Notes: generated by a model not told the origin, from the sequence alone. DNA of 64,000 nucleotides from Rhodospirillales bacterium (GCA_036393575.1 DASWGT010000086.1:3141-67140), one strand, 5' to 3'. Shown: positions 34,954-44,188, numbered from the stretch's first letter. Program-made: numbers and translations.

Positions 34954-36680
34954 ACCGTCTCGACACGGACGTCCTGATTTTGGGCTCGGGCGGCGCCGGC
35001 CTGTTCGCGGCGCTGCACGCCAAGGCCGGCGCGCCGGACCTCGACGTCACCGTCGCCGTCAAGGGGCTGCTCGGCAAATGCGGCTGCACCCGCATGGTGC
35101 AGGGCGGCTACAACGTCGCGCTGGCGCCGGGCGATTCCGTCGAACGCCATTTCATGGACACCATCGAGGGCGGCAAGTGGCTGAACGACCAGGAGCTCGC
35201 CTGGATTCTGGTCACCGTCGCCCGGGAGCGCATCCGCGAGCTTGAGAACGAGCTCGGCTGCTTCTTCGACCGCAATCCGGACGGCACCATCCACCAGAAG
35301 GCTTTCGCCGGGCAGACCTTCGACCGCACCGTGCACAAGGGCGACCTCACCGGCATCGAGATCATCAACCGCCTCGCCGAACAGGTGTGGGCGCGCCGCA
35401 TCGGCCGCCTCGAGGACCACCGCGCCGTGGCGCTGATCAAGACCCGCGACGGCGCCGCCGTCGCCGGCGTCGTGATGATCGACATGCGCACCGGCGAGTT
35501 CCTGTTCGTGCGCGCCAAGGCGGTGTTGCTGGCCACCGGCGGCGGGCCGACGATGTACCGCTACCACACGCCCAGCGGCGACAAGTCCTGCGACGGCCTC
35601 GCCATGGCGCTCAGCGCCGGGCTCCGCTTGCGCGACATGGAGATGGTGCAGTTCCACCCGACCGGCCTGCTGGCCGGGCCGGAAACGCGGATGACCGGCA
35701 CCGTCCTCGAGGAGGGGTTGCGCGGCTACGGCGCCTACCTGCTCGACGGCGAAGGCCGGCGCTTCATGACCAAGACGGATAAGCGCGGCGAGCGCGCGAC
35801 CCGCGACATCGTCAGCCGCGCCATGTTCGCCGAGATGCGCAACGCCAACACCGGGCCGATGGGCGGGCTGTTCCTGACCATGGGGCACCTCGACGCGGGC
35901 GAGGTGCGCCGGCAGTTCCCGGGCATGGTCGAGCGCTGCGCCGACTGCGGCTTCGATCTGGTCTCGGGCCGCGTCGAGGTGGTGCCGACGGCTCATTACA
36001 TGATGGGCGGCGTCGAGTTCGCGCCCGACTGTTCGACCGCGCTCGAGGGCCTCTACGCCGCCGGCGAGGACACCGGCGGCGTGCATGGCGCCAACCGGCT
36101 CGGCGGCAACGGCGTCGCCAACTCGACCGTGTTCGGCGGCATCGCCGGCGACACGCTGGCCAAGTGGACGCCGAAGCACGGAAAATTCCGCGACCCCGAC
36201 GAGGCGGCGATCGCGGCCGCGGAAGCCGAGTGCCTGAAGCCGCTCGCCAATCCGCCCGGAGACCTGGAGGAGGTGCGCGAGCGCCTAGCCCAACTGATGT
36301 GGGACGATGCCGGCATCGTCCGCGACCGGGTGTCGCTCGGGCGCACTCTCGATGGCCTCGACAAGCTGGACAAGGTGCTCGCCGGCGTCGGCGTCGGCGT
36401 CGACGGTCGCGACCTCGCCTACAACCTCGCCTGGCACGACTGGCTGAACCTCAAGAACCTGATCCTGGTTTCCAAGGTCATCGCTGCCGCCGCGCTGGCC
36501 CGCGACGATTCCCGCGGCGCTCATTGGCGCGCCGACTTCCCCGCGACCGGCGATCTCGAAACCTCCGCCTTCACCAGCGCCCGGCTCGCCGGCGACAGGA
36601 TCGACGTTTCCATGCGACCGGTCGCTTTCACCCGCGTGCGGCCGGGCGAGACGTTGATCAAAGAGTCCGCGGCGGAGTAG
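34950..36680 (+). CDS. succinate dehydrogenase/fumarate reductase/L-aspartate oxidase-family flavoprotein subunit
   Basis: 576 aa with a TTG start overlapping the upstream stop (TTGA). Motifs are TDVLILGSGGAGLFAAL, RMVQGGYNV, the active-site-type His in HPTGL, AHYMMGG and GANRLGGN. Confidence 0.85.
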   Translation: MNRLDTDVLILGSGGAGLFAALHAKAGAPDLDVTVAVKGLLGKCGCTRMVQGGYNVALAPGDSVERHFMDTIEGGKWLNDQELAWILVTVARERIRELENELGCFFDRNPDGTIHQKAFAGQTFDRTVHKGDLTGIEIINRLAEQVWARRIGRLEDHRAVALIKTRDGAAVAGVVMIDMRTGEFLFVRAKAVLLATGGGPTMYRYHTPSGDKSCDGLAMALSAGLRLRDMEMVQFHPTGLLAGPETRMTGTVLEEGLRGYGAYLLDGEGRRFMTKTDKRGERATRDIVSRAMFAEMRNANTGPMGGLFLTMGHLDAGEVRRQFPGMVERCADCGFDLVSGRVEVVPTAHYMMGGVEFAPDCSTALEGLYAAGEDTGGVHGANRLGGNGVANSTVFGGIAGDTLAKWTPKHGKFRDPDEAAIAAAEAECLKPLANPPGDLEEVRERLAQLMWDDAGIVRDRVSLGRTLDGLDKLDKVLAGVGVGVDGRDLAYNLAWHDWLNLKNLILVSKVIAAAALARDDSRGAHWRADFPATGDLETSAFTSARLAGDRIDVSMRPVAFTRVRPGETLIKESAAE

Positions 36681-36684
36681 GAGC

Positions 36685-37233
36685 CTAATCGCCGAGCGGC
36701 GCCTTGCCTTCCGGCACCTCGACCTCGAACGCGTTCAGCACCATCGAGATCAGGGTGTAGTAGCCGGCGACGGCGGTCAGCTCGACCACGCCTTCGGCGC
36801 CGAGAAGCTTGACCGCCTCGTCGTAGGTGGCATCGCTGACCCGGTGCTGCTTGTTGAGCTCGCGCACGAATGCATAAACGATCTTCTCGTCGGCATCCTT
36901 GAACTCGGGCGTCCGGCGCTCGGCGATGGCGTCGATGATCTTGGGATCGACGCCTTCCTTCTCGGCGAAGCCGCGGTGGATGTGCCATTCGAACTGCGCC
37001 GTCCAGAAGCGCGCCGTGATCATGATCGCGAGCTCGCGCAGCCGGCCCGGCAGCGGGCTTTCGAAGCGCAGGTAGGCGCCCAGCGCCTGCACCGGGTCGG
37101 CGACCCCGGGCGCGTGCAGCAGCGCGCCGAACGGCCCGCGTACGCCGCCGCGCGGGCTTGCCGCGATCTTGTCGTAGACCTGCTTCTGCTTGCCGGTGAG
37201 CTTCGCCGGATCGAGTTTCGGCAGTCGGGACAT
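36685..37233 (-). CDS. carboxymuconolactone decarboxylase (AhpD-like) family protein
   Basis: 182 aa. The pattern is CMD-family: LRELAIMITARFWTAQFEWHIH. Confidence 0.8.
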   Translation of the reverse strand: MSRLPKLDPAKLTGKQKQVYDKIAASPRGGVRGPFGALLHAPGVADPVQALGAYLRFESPLPGRLRELAIMITARFWTAQFEWHIHRGFAEKEGVDPKIIDAIAERRTPEFKDADEKIVYAFVRELNKQHRVSDATYDEAVKLLGAEGVVELTAVAGYYTLISMVLNAFEVEVPEGKAPLGD

Positions 37234-37257
37234 GGGCGCCTCCGTCGTTTCTGGTTG

Positions 37258-38061
37258 TCAGCCGATGCGGCAGCCGCGGCCGCCGTCTACCGGCAGCGCC
37301 ACGCCGGTGATGTAACCGGCCTCGTCGGAGGCGAGGAACAGCGCCGCATGGGCGACGTCCCAGGCGGTGCCCATGTGGCCCATCGGCACCTTGGCGTCGC
37401 GTTCTGCGGCGACCTCGGCGCGCGGCCGGCCCCACGCCTCGGCGCGGCGGTCGACCGCCATCGGCGTATCCATCAGGCCGGGCAGGATGACGTTGGCGCG
37501 GATGCCGTACTCGGCGTTCTGGATCGCCAGCTGCTCGGTCATCGCGATCATCGCCGACTTGGTCGCCTTGTAGGTAACCCACGGATAGGTCTCGACCGCC
37601 GCCATCGACGAGATCGACTGGATGGCGCCCTTCTTCTGCTTTCGCATCACTGGCAGCACGTGCTTGCAGCAGTAGACGAAGCCGCGCAGGTTCACCTGGA
37701 CGATGCAGTCGAAGGCCTCGGTGGTGATCTCGGTCACGGGCGCGTCCTTGCCCTCGACGCTGATGCCGACGTTGTAGTGCAGGATGTCGACGCGGCCCCA
37801 TTTCTTTACGCACGCCGCGATCGCCTCCTTGACCGACGCTTCGTCGGTGACGTCGGCCTCGCAAGCCTCGGCCGAGCCCTTTTCCTTCCGGATCATCGCC
37901 ACCGTCTCCTCGACCGACGGGAGGTCTTTGTTGACGGCGAACACGCGCGCCCCCTCGCGGGCGAACAGGATCGACGTGGCGCGGCCGTTGCCGATGGCCG
38001 GCGTCGAGCCCGGGCTTTGCCCGGCGCCGACGACGATGGCGATCTTGTCCTTGAGCCGCAT
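37258..38061 (-). CDS. SDR family oxidoreductase
   Basis: 267 aa from ATG 38061. It has the glycine-rich motif IVVGAGQSPG, NVG, and the catalytic YKATK. Confidence 0.9.
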   Translation of the reverse strand: MRLKDKIAIVVGAGQSPGSTPAIGNGRATSILFAREGARVFAVNKDLPSVEETVAMIRKEKGSAEACEADVTDEASVKEAIAACVKKWGRVDILHYNVGISVEGKDAPVTEITTEAFDCIVQVNLRGFVYCCKHVLPVMRKQKKGAIQSISSMAAVETYPWVTYKATKSAMIAMTEQLAIQNAEYGIRANVILPGLMDTPMAVDRRAEAWGRPRAEVAAERDAKVPMGHMGTAWDVAHAALFLASDEAGYITGVALPVDGGRGCRIG

Positions 38062-38201
38062 GATTTTCCTCCGTGCTGGCCGCGCGTGGCCGATTTTCCG
38101 CCCAAGGCGATAGCACGGATCGGGGAGCGGGGAAACAGCCGGCTGGCGGCCCAGGGGCATCGAAGGTTCCGCCATCGGACGCAAGCCGCTATCATGCGGC
38201 G

Positions 38202-38417
38202 ATGGGGACTATCCTGCTGCTCGGACTGGTCGGCGTGGTGGCGGTGCTCGGCGTCGAGTACGGGCTCTACCGGCGCGCCAAGAAGCGCGAACAGGAAGGC
38301 ATGTTCGACCAGGGCCTGCCGTTCATCGCCGGCCACCATCCGGGCGACGACATCGCCGCCGACCATCGCTCCCCCGACCACCACATCCACGGGCCCATGG
38401 ATCACCCCGGCGATTAA
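38202..38417 (+). CDS. hypothetical small membrane protein with His/Asp/Pro-rich tail
   Basis: 71 aa: one N-terminal TM helix (GTILLLGLVGVVAVLGV) followed by HHPGDDIAADHRSPDHHIHGPMDHPGD. It has no clear SD, and coding status is uncertain. Confidence 0.3.
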   Translation: MGTILLLGLVGVVAVLGVEYGLYRRAKKREQEGMFDQGLPFIAGHHPGDDIAADHRSPDHHIHGPMDHPGD

Positions 38418-38512
38418 CAGGCATTGTCTGATGGCCGCGGGCGGTATGAAATATAAGGGGGTCCGGCCCGGGCATTGAACCCTCACCCAGCCGGGCAACA
38501 CAGGGGACAACC

Positions 38513-41500
38513 ATGGTCGGTAGGAAGCGGCACCGCGCGCCAAAAGCGAAAGCCACCGGAACCGCAGGCAACCGGCGAAGCCGGCTGCGGCCTACGATCC
38601 GGCCGTCGAGCGCCGACGCATTGGTCCGCGAACGCCTCTACGACATCCTGGAATCGAGCCCAATCGGTGCCACCATCGTCCGCGACGACGGCTCATTCGA
38701 GTTCGCCAACTCGCGCATGGCCGAGATGCTGGGGCTGACCAAGCAGCAGTTCCTGGCGTCCCGCGCTCGCGATTTCTACGTCGACCCGCAGGAACGGGAC
38801 AGGATCGGCCGCAAGCTCCGCAAGGAAGGCCGGCTTCGCGACGTCCAGGCGTTGATGAAGGCCGCTGATGGCAGGCAATTCTGGATTCTGCTGTCGTTCG
38901 AGAAGACCGACGATGCCGACGGCACCCGCTATTTCGGCTGGGTCTATGACATCGACGAACAGAAGCGGGCGGAACATGAGCTGCGCGCCGCCAGCGACGC
39001 CAACGCGCTGCTCCGGCGGATCGCCGAGGCGGCCAACGAGGCGACGGTCGTCGATGATGCCGTCCAGGCGTGCCTCGACGCCGTTTGCGCCTACACGGGA
39101 TGGCCGGTGGGCCACGCGTTCGCCGTGAATTCGTATGGCGCGCTCGAATCCATCAAGGTCTGGCACCTGGATCGCCCCCGGCGCTACACGGCCTTCCGCC
39201 GGGTCAGCGAAGGCCGCGCGTTCGCCGGGCGGAAAGGCCTATGCGGCCGCGCGCTCGTCACCGGCAAGCCGGCGTGGAGCCGGGACTTCAGCAAGGACAA
39301 GACGTCGGAACGCCCGAAGTTGGCCAAGGACATTGGGGTCAAGGCGGGGTTTGCGTTTCCGGTCCTGATCGGCCGCACCGTGGTGGCGGTCCTCGAGTTC
39401 TTCTCCACCGCCGCCGCCGACCCGGACCGCACGCTGATGGACCTGATGGCACACGCGGGAACCCTGCTCGGCCGGGTCATCGAACGCAAACGCGCCGAAG
39501 CCACGCTCAGCCGTCAAACGGCCATCATCGCGACGACCCTGGAGGCCATGGACCAGGGCATCGTCATGGTCGACAAGTCCATGAAGGTCCTCGCCTCCAA
39601 CGACCGGTTCTTCGACATGTTCGGCTTGCGCCGGGGCAAGTACGGCGCCGGCTCCGACTTTCACGACGTCATCCGCGACTGGTTCAAGAAAACGGACTAC
39701 CCGAAGGGGCTACTCGAAAAAGCGATCGCCAACACGAAACGCCGGAGTTATTTCTCATTCGAGCAGCCGCAGCCCGATGGTCGCATCGTTGAGGCCCGCC
39801 ACAATCCCCTGAAGGGCGGCGGCTTCGTTCGCACCTTCACCGACATCACCGACCGCAAACGTGCGGAGGCCGAGCTGGCGGAGAAGGAGCGCCAGCTTTC
39901 GACCGCGCTGAACAGCATGTCGGACGGCATGTACATGCTGGACAAGGACCTCCGCTACGTCATGTACAACCGCCGAAATTTGGAACTACTGGAAATTCCG
40001 CCGGATATGGTCAGGATCGGCCGGCCGGTAAAGGAAGTCGTCTACGACCTAGCCAAGGCCGGTTTCTACGGCCCCGGCGACCCGAAGGCCCTGACCGAGC
40101 GGCGCATGAAGTGGCTCGCCAGCGAAGACCACACCGAATTGGAGCTCAAGACGCCCACGGGCCGCATCATCCACGTGCGCAAGGCCCCGTTGCGTGACGG
40201 TGGCGCCGTCGTCACGCTGACCGACATCACCCGGCGCAAGCATACCGAGAACGAACTCCGGCGCAGCGAGCGGCGCTACGAGACCATCGCCTCCAACATC
40301 CCCGGCGTCGTCTACCAGCGGGTCCGGCACCGGGACGGCTCATTCTCCTATCCGTACATCAGCCCGGGCGTGCGGGATCTTTACGAGCTCGAGCCACACG
40401 TGGTGATGGCGGATCCCAATATCATGCTGTCGGTGCTGCACCCGGAAGAAAAGGAGCGGTTCCACGCCTCCCTCGATGAATCGGCGAAAAACCTGACGCC
40501 GTGGAACCTTGAATTCCGCATCATCACCGCCACGGGCAAGCACAAGTGGATTCGCGGCTCGTCTCGCGTGCGTCGTGCACAGAACGGCGACATCATCTGG
40601 GTCGGCTTCCTTCTGGACATCACCAAGCGCCGTCATACTGAAATCGAGCTCATGCAAAAGACGGCGATGCTGGAAGCTACCCTCGAGAACATGGGCCAGG
40701 GCATCAGTCTGATCGACCGCGATCTCCGAATCACTGCCTTCAACAAGAAATTCCTCGACGTCCTTAGCTTCCCCGAGAACCTGTTCCGGCCCGGCTTCAC
40801 GCTCGAGAGTGCCTTCCGCTATAACGCTGAGCGCGGCGAATACGGCCCCGGTGACGTCGAGGAGCAGGTCCAACAGCGCCTCGAGTTGGCGCGGCGGTTC
40901 GAGCCCCACGTCTTCGAGCGCGAGCGTCCCGACGGATCGGTGATCGAAGTTCGCGGCAACCCGATGGCCGGCGGTGGGTTCGTCACCACCTACACTGACA
41001 TCACCCGCCGCAAGCAGGCCGAGAAGGAACTGCAGGAAGCGAAGGACGCCGCCGAGAACGCAAACACAGCGAAAAGCATGTTCCTGGCCAACATGAGCCA
41101 CGAACTCAGGACCCCGTTGAACGCCGTCATCGGTTACAGCGAGCTGTTGCTGGAAACGGCCGAGGACGAGGGCTGGGAAGAGGCGATCGCCGACCTGACC
41201 AAGATCCAGACATCCGGCAAGCACCTGTTGGCATTGATCAACAGCGTGTTGGATCTGTCCAAGATCGAGGCCGGCAAGATGGAGGTGTTTCTCGAAACCT
41301 TCGACGTCAAGCGGATGATCAACGAGGTGGCCGGCACCATCCAACCATTGGCCGCCCGCAAGTCGAATGCATTCGAGGTCCGCTGTCCCGACGGCGCCGG
41401 CACCATGCACAGCGACCTGACCAAGGTGCGCCAGAACCTGTTCAACCTTCTCTCCAACGCCTGCAAGTTCACCGACCACGGGAGGATCGTGCTCGACGTG

Positions 41501-43756
41501 TCGCGCCATGGGAAAGGCGGGAAGACACGCTACCGCTTCGCCGTTTCCGACACCGGTATCGGCATGTCGGAGGCCGAGGTCGCCACGGTTTTCGATGTCT
41601 TCGCCCAAGCCGGTGCCGGCACGTCGTCGCAATACGGCGGCACCGGGCTCGGGCTCGCCATAACCCGCCGATTCTGCGAGCTGCTCGGCGGCGACGTGAC
41701 GGTAACCAGTGAAAAGGGCAAGGGCTCGACCTTCGTCATCGAACTTCCCGCCGATCTCAAGGCCGCGACGATGCCGGCGCGCACCGTCGATGCCGACCAG
41801 GAACCGGGCGCCAGCGTCGCTGCGGGCACCGGCAAGCCGACCGTGCTGGTGATCGACGACGACGCCGTCGTCCGCGACCTGCTCCGCCGCTACCTGACGC
41901 GCAACGGCTATAACGCCGTACTCGCGGAAAGCGGGGAGGAGGGGATCCGCCTTGCCGGCGAGATGTCGCCCGACGCCATTACGCTCGACGTGCTGATGCC
42001 GCAGATGGACGGCTGGGCGGTCCTGAAGGCGCTGAAGGACGATCCGGCGGTCGCCGATATTCCCATCATCATGCTGACGATCATCGACGACAAGAACCTC
42101 GGATTCTCGCTCGGTGCGGCGGATTACCTGGCGAAACCGGTGGACCAAGCGAAACTGATTCAGATTCTCGAACGGCATTGCCCGAAGGCCGGCCGGGCGC
42201 GGGTGTTGGTGGTCGAGGACGAGGAATCGACCCGCCGCATGATGCGCCTGATCCTGGAGCGCGAGGGCTGCGTCGTCGCCGAAGCCGAGAACGGCCGCGT
42301 TGCCCTCGAGCGACTCGACGCAAGCCCGCCCGATCTGATCGTGCTCGACCTGATGATGCCCGAAATGGACGGCTTCGAGTTCCTGGCCGAGTGCGGCAAG
42401 AACGAGGCCTGGCGCAAGATCCCGATCGTCGTGATGACCGCCAAGAAGCTGACCGCCGCCGACCGACGGCGCCTGGAAGGGGGTGTGGCGCTGCTGCTGG
42501 AGAAGAGCGACGACGACCTGGATGCGCTGCTGGCGTTGCTCCGCGACATGATCGCCAAGCGGCCAGGACAGATGCCGGCGGCGGCCGCCCCCGCAGCGGC
42601 CGACCCGCCCTTATCGACGGCGAAAACGGCCGACGACCGGGCGGCTTCCCAAATTCCGGTCATCAAAGGCTCGGCGGCGGTCGCCGGCCGGCCGCTGACG
42701 ACCGGCCATGTTCTGGTGGTCGACGACCTGGAAACCAATCGCGAGCTGCTGAAGCGCCATCTCGTCCGCGACGGCCACACGGTGACCCTTGCCGACGGTG
42801 GCCGACAGGCGTTGGCGGTCGCCGACCGCGAGCCGTTCGACGTCATTCTCTTGGATTTGATGATGCCGGATCTGAACGGATTCGCCGTGCTATCCCGCCT
42901 CAAGGCCGACGGCCGGACCGAGAACATCCCGGTGATCATGATTTCGGCACTGAACGAGGAGCAGCACGCCATCCAATGCATCGAGGCCGGCGCCGAGGAC
43001 TATCTGACCAAGCCGTTCGATATCGTGCTGTTACGGGCACGTATCAACTCCTGTATCGAGCGCAAGCGCGCCCATGATCGCGAGGAGGTCTACCGGGTGC
43101 GCCTGGAGGCGGAAAAGGAAAAATCCGAGGACCTGCTGTTGAACATCCTGCCGCCGAAAATCGTCGATCGCATCAACGCCGGCGAGGAATTGATCGCCGA
43201 CCGGTTTGATAGCGTCAGCGTGCTGTTCTCGGACCTGGTCGGGTTCACCGAGATTTCGGCGTCGATGGGGCCGTCAGAGCTGGTCCATAGCCTCAACCGG
43301 CTGTTCTCCCGCTTCGATCTTCTGGCCAAGCAATTCGGAGTCGAGAAGGTGAAGACCATCGGCGATGCCTACATGGTGGTTGCCGGCCTGCCCGACCCGA
43401 AGCCCGATCACAAGGAGGCTTGCGCCGAAATGGCGCTCGGCATGATCAAGGTGCTCGACGAGATCAACCCGACCTTGGCCAAGCCGTTCGACATCCGGAT
43501 CGGCATCCACAGCGGTCCCGTGGTTGCCGGCATCATCGGCAAGCACAAGTTCGTCTACGACGTTTGGGGGAGCACGGTGAACATCGCCAGCCGCTTCGAA
43601 TCATACTGCATTCCCAACCACATTCACGTATCGGCCGAGCTGGCCGGCCCGCTGGCGGAAAAATTCGTTTTCGAATCCCGGGGATTGCTGAAAATGCGCG
43701 GCGTCGGCGAAATCGAGACATTCTTCCTCAAGGGTCGCAAGGGCGCCACCGCCTGA
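38513..43756 (+). CDS. PAS-GAF-multi-PAS hybrid histidine kinase fused to three receiver domains and a class III adenylate cyclase domain
   Basis: 1747 aa. The H-box is MSHELRTPLNAV, with an HATPase core (DTGIGM, GGTGLGLAI). The three REC domains contain DVLMPQMDG, DLMMPEMDG and DLMMPDLNG. The C-terminal cyclase shows FSDLVGFT, KTIGDAYMVVAG, YDVWGSTVNIASRFES; the Lys/Asp specificity pair suggests ATP. Confidence 0.9.
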   Translation: MVGRKRHRAPKAKATGTAGNRRSRLRPTIRPSSADALVRERLYDILESSPIGATIVRDDGSFEFANSRMAEMLGLTKQQFLASRARDFYVDPQERDRIGRKLRKEGRLRDVQALMKAADGRQFWILLSFEKTDDADGTRYFGWVYDIDEQKRAEHELRAASDANALLRRIAEAANEATVVDDAVQACLDAVCAYTGWPVGHAFAVNSYGALESIKVWHLDRPRRYTAFRRVSEGRAFAGRKGLCGRALVTGKPAWSRDFSKDKTSERPKLAKDIGVKAGFAFPVLIGRTVVAVLEFFSTAAADPDRTLMDLMAHAGTLLGRVIERKRAEATLSRQTAIIATTLEAMDQGIVMVDKSMKVLASNDRFFDMFGLRRGKYGAGSDFHDVIRDWFKKTDYPKGLLEKAIANTKRRSYFSFEQPQPDGRIVEARHNPLKGGGFVRTFTDITDRKRAEAELAEKERQLSTALNSMSDGMYMLDKDLRYVMYNRRNLELLEIPPDMVRIGRPVKEVVYDLAKAGFYGPGDPKALTERRMKWLASEDHTELELKTPTGRIIHVRKAPLRDGGAVVTLTDITRRKHTENELRRSERRYETIASNIPGVVYQRVRHRDGSFSYPYISPGVRDLYELEPHVVMADPNIMLSVLHPEEKERFHASLDESAKNLTPWNLEFRIITATGKHKWIRGSSRVRRAQNGDIIWVGFLLDITKRRHTEIELMQKTAMLEATLENMGQGISLIDRDLRITAFNKKFLDVLSFPENLFRPGFTLESAFRYNAERGEYGPGDVEEQVQQRLELARRFEPHVFERERPDGSVIEVRGNPMAGGGFVTTYTDITRRKQAEKELQEAKDAAENANTAKSMFLANMSHELRTPLNAVIGYSELLLETAEDEGWEEAIADLTKIQTSGKHLLALINSVLDLSKIEAGKMEVFLETFDVKRMINEVAGTIQPLAARKSNAFEVRCPDGAGTMHSDLTKVRQNLFNLLSNACKFTDHGRIVLDVSRHGKGGKTRYRFAVSDTGIGMSEAEVATVFDVFAQAGAGTSSQYGGTGLGLAITRRFCELLGGDVTVTSEKGKGSTFVIELPADLKAATMPARTVDADQEPGASVAAGTGKPTVLVIDDDAVVRDLLRRYLTRNGYNAVLAESGEEGIRLAGEMSPDAITLDVLMPQMDGWAVLKALKDDPAVADIPIIMLTIIDDKNLGFSLGAADYLAKPVDQAKLIQILERHCPKAGRARVLVVEDEESTRRMMRLILEREGCVVAEAENGRVALERLDASPPDLIVLDLMMPEMDGFEFLAECGKNEAWRKIPIVVMTAKKLTAADRRRLEGGVALLLEKSDDDLDALLALLRDMIAKRPGQMPAAAAPAAADPPLSTAKTADDRAASQIPVIKGSAAVAGRPLTTGHVLVVDDLETNRELLKRHLVRDGHTVTLADGGRQALAVADREPFDVILLDLMMPDLNGFAVLSRLKADGRTENIPVIMISALNEEQHAIQCIEAGAEDYLTKPFDIVLLRARINSCIERKRAHDREEVYRVRLEAEKEKSEDLLLNILPPKIVDRINAGEELIADRFDSVSVLFSDLVGFTEISASMGPSELVHSLNRLFSRFDLLAKQFGVEKVKTIGDAYMVVAGLPDPKPDHKEACAEMALGMIKVLDEINPTLAKPFDIRIGIHSGPVVAGIIGKHKFVYDVWGSTVNIASRFESYCIPNHIHVSAELAGPLAEKFVFESRGLLKMRGVGEIETFFLKGRKGATA

Positions 43757-43781
43757 GCGGCGCCAGCCAGGACGGCCCTCG

Positions 43782-44177
43782 TCACGATTCGGCGGGGAAA
43801 AATCCCGTCACGGCAGCACGCAAGGCGTCGAGCGTGAACGGCTTCGCCAGGATGGCGTCGGCGCCGATCCTTTCCGCCGCCTTCAGCGCCGCCTCGGGGG
43901 TCATCTCGGAGTAGCCCGCCGAGGTGGCGAGAATCTTTGCTTCGGGGCGCATCCGGCGCATCTCCTGGATGCCTTTGATCCCGCCCATCCCGGCCATGAA
44001 GATGTCGGTGATGACGAGCGCATAATCCAGCCGCTCGAAATCCTTGAGCGCATCTTCCATGTTGAGCGCCATGGTCACCCGGAAGCCTTCGCGCGCCAGT
44101 GCCCGGCTGAGGATGTCGACGGTGTTCTTATCGTCTTCGACGACCAGCACATTTCGAATGTCCTTGGCTCCCAGCAT
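43782..44177 (-). CDS. single-domain CheY-like response regulator (GMGGI subtype)
   Basis: 131 aa from ATG 44177, which is preceded by AAGGAA; TTG 44192 is an alternative start. Motifs are VLVVEDDKN, VITDIFMAGMGGIKGI, TSAG and KPF. Confidence 0.8.
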   Translation of the reverse strand: MLGAKDIRNVLVVEDDKNTVDILSRALAREGFRVTMALNMEDALKDFERLDYALVITDIFMAGMGGIKGIQEMRRMRPEAKILATSAGYSEMTPEAALKAAERIGADAILAKPFTLDALRAAVTGFFPAES

Positions 44178-44188
44178 CGTTCGTTCCT

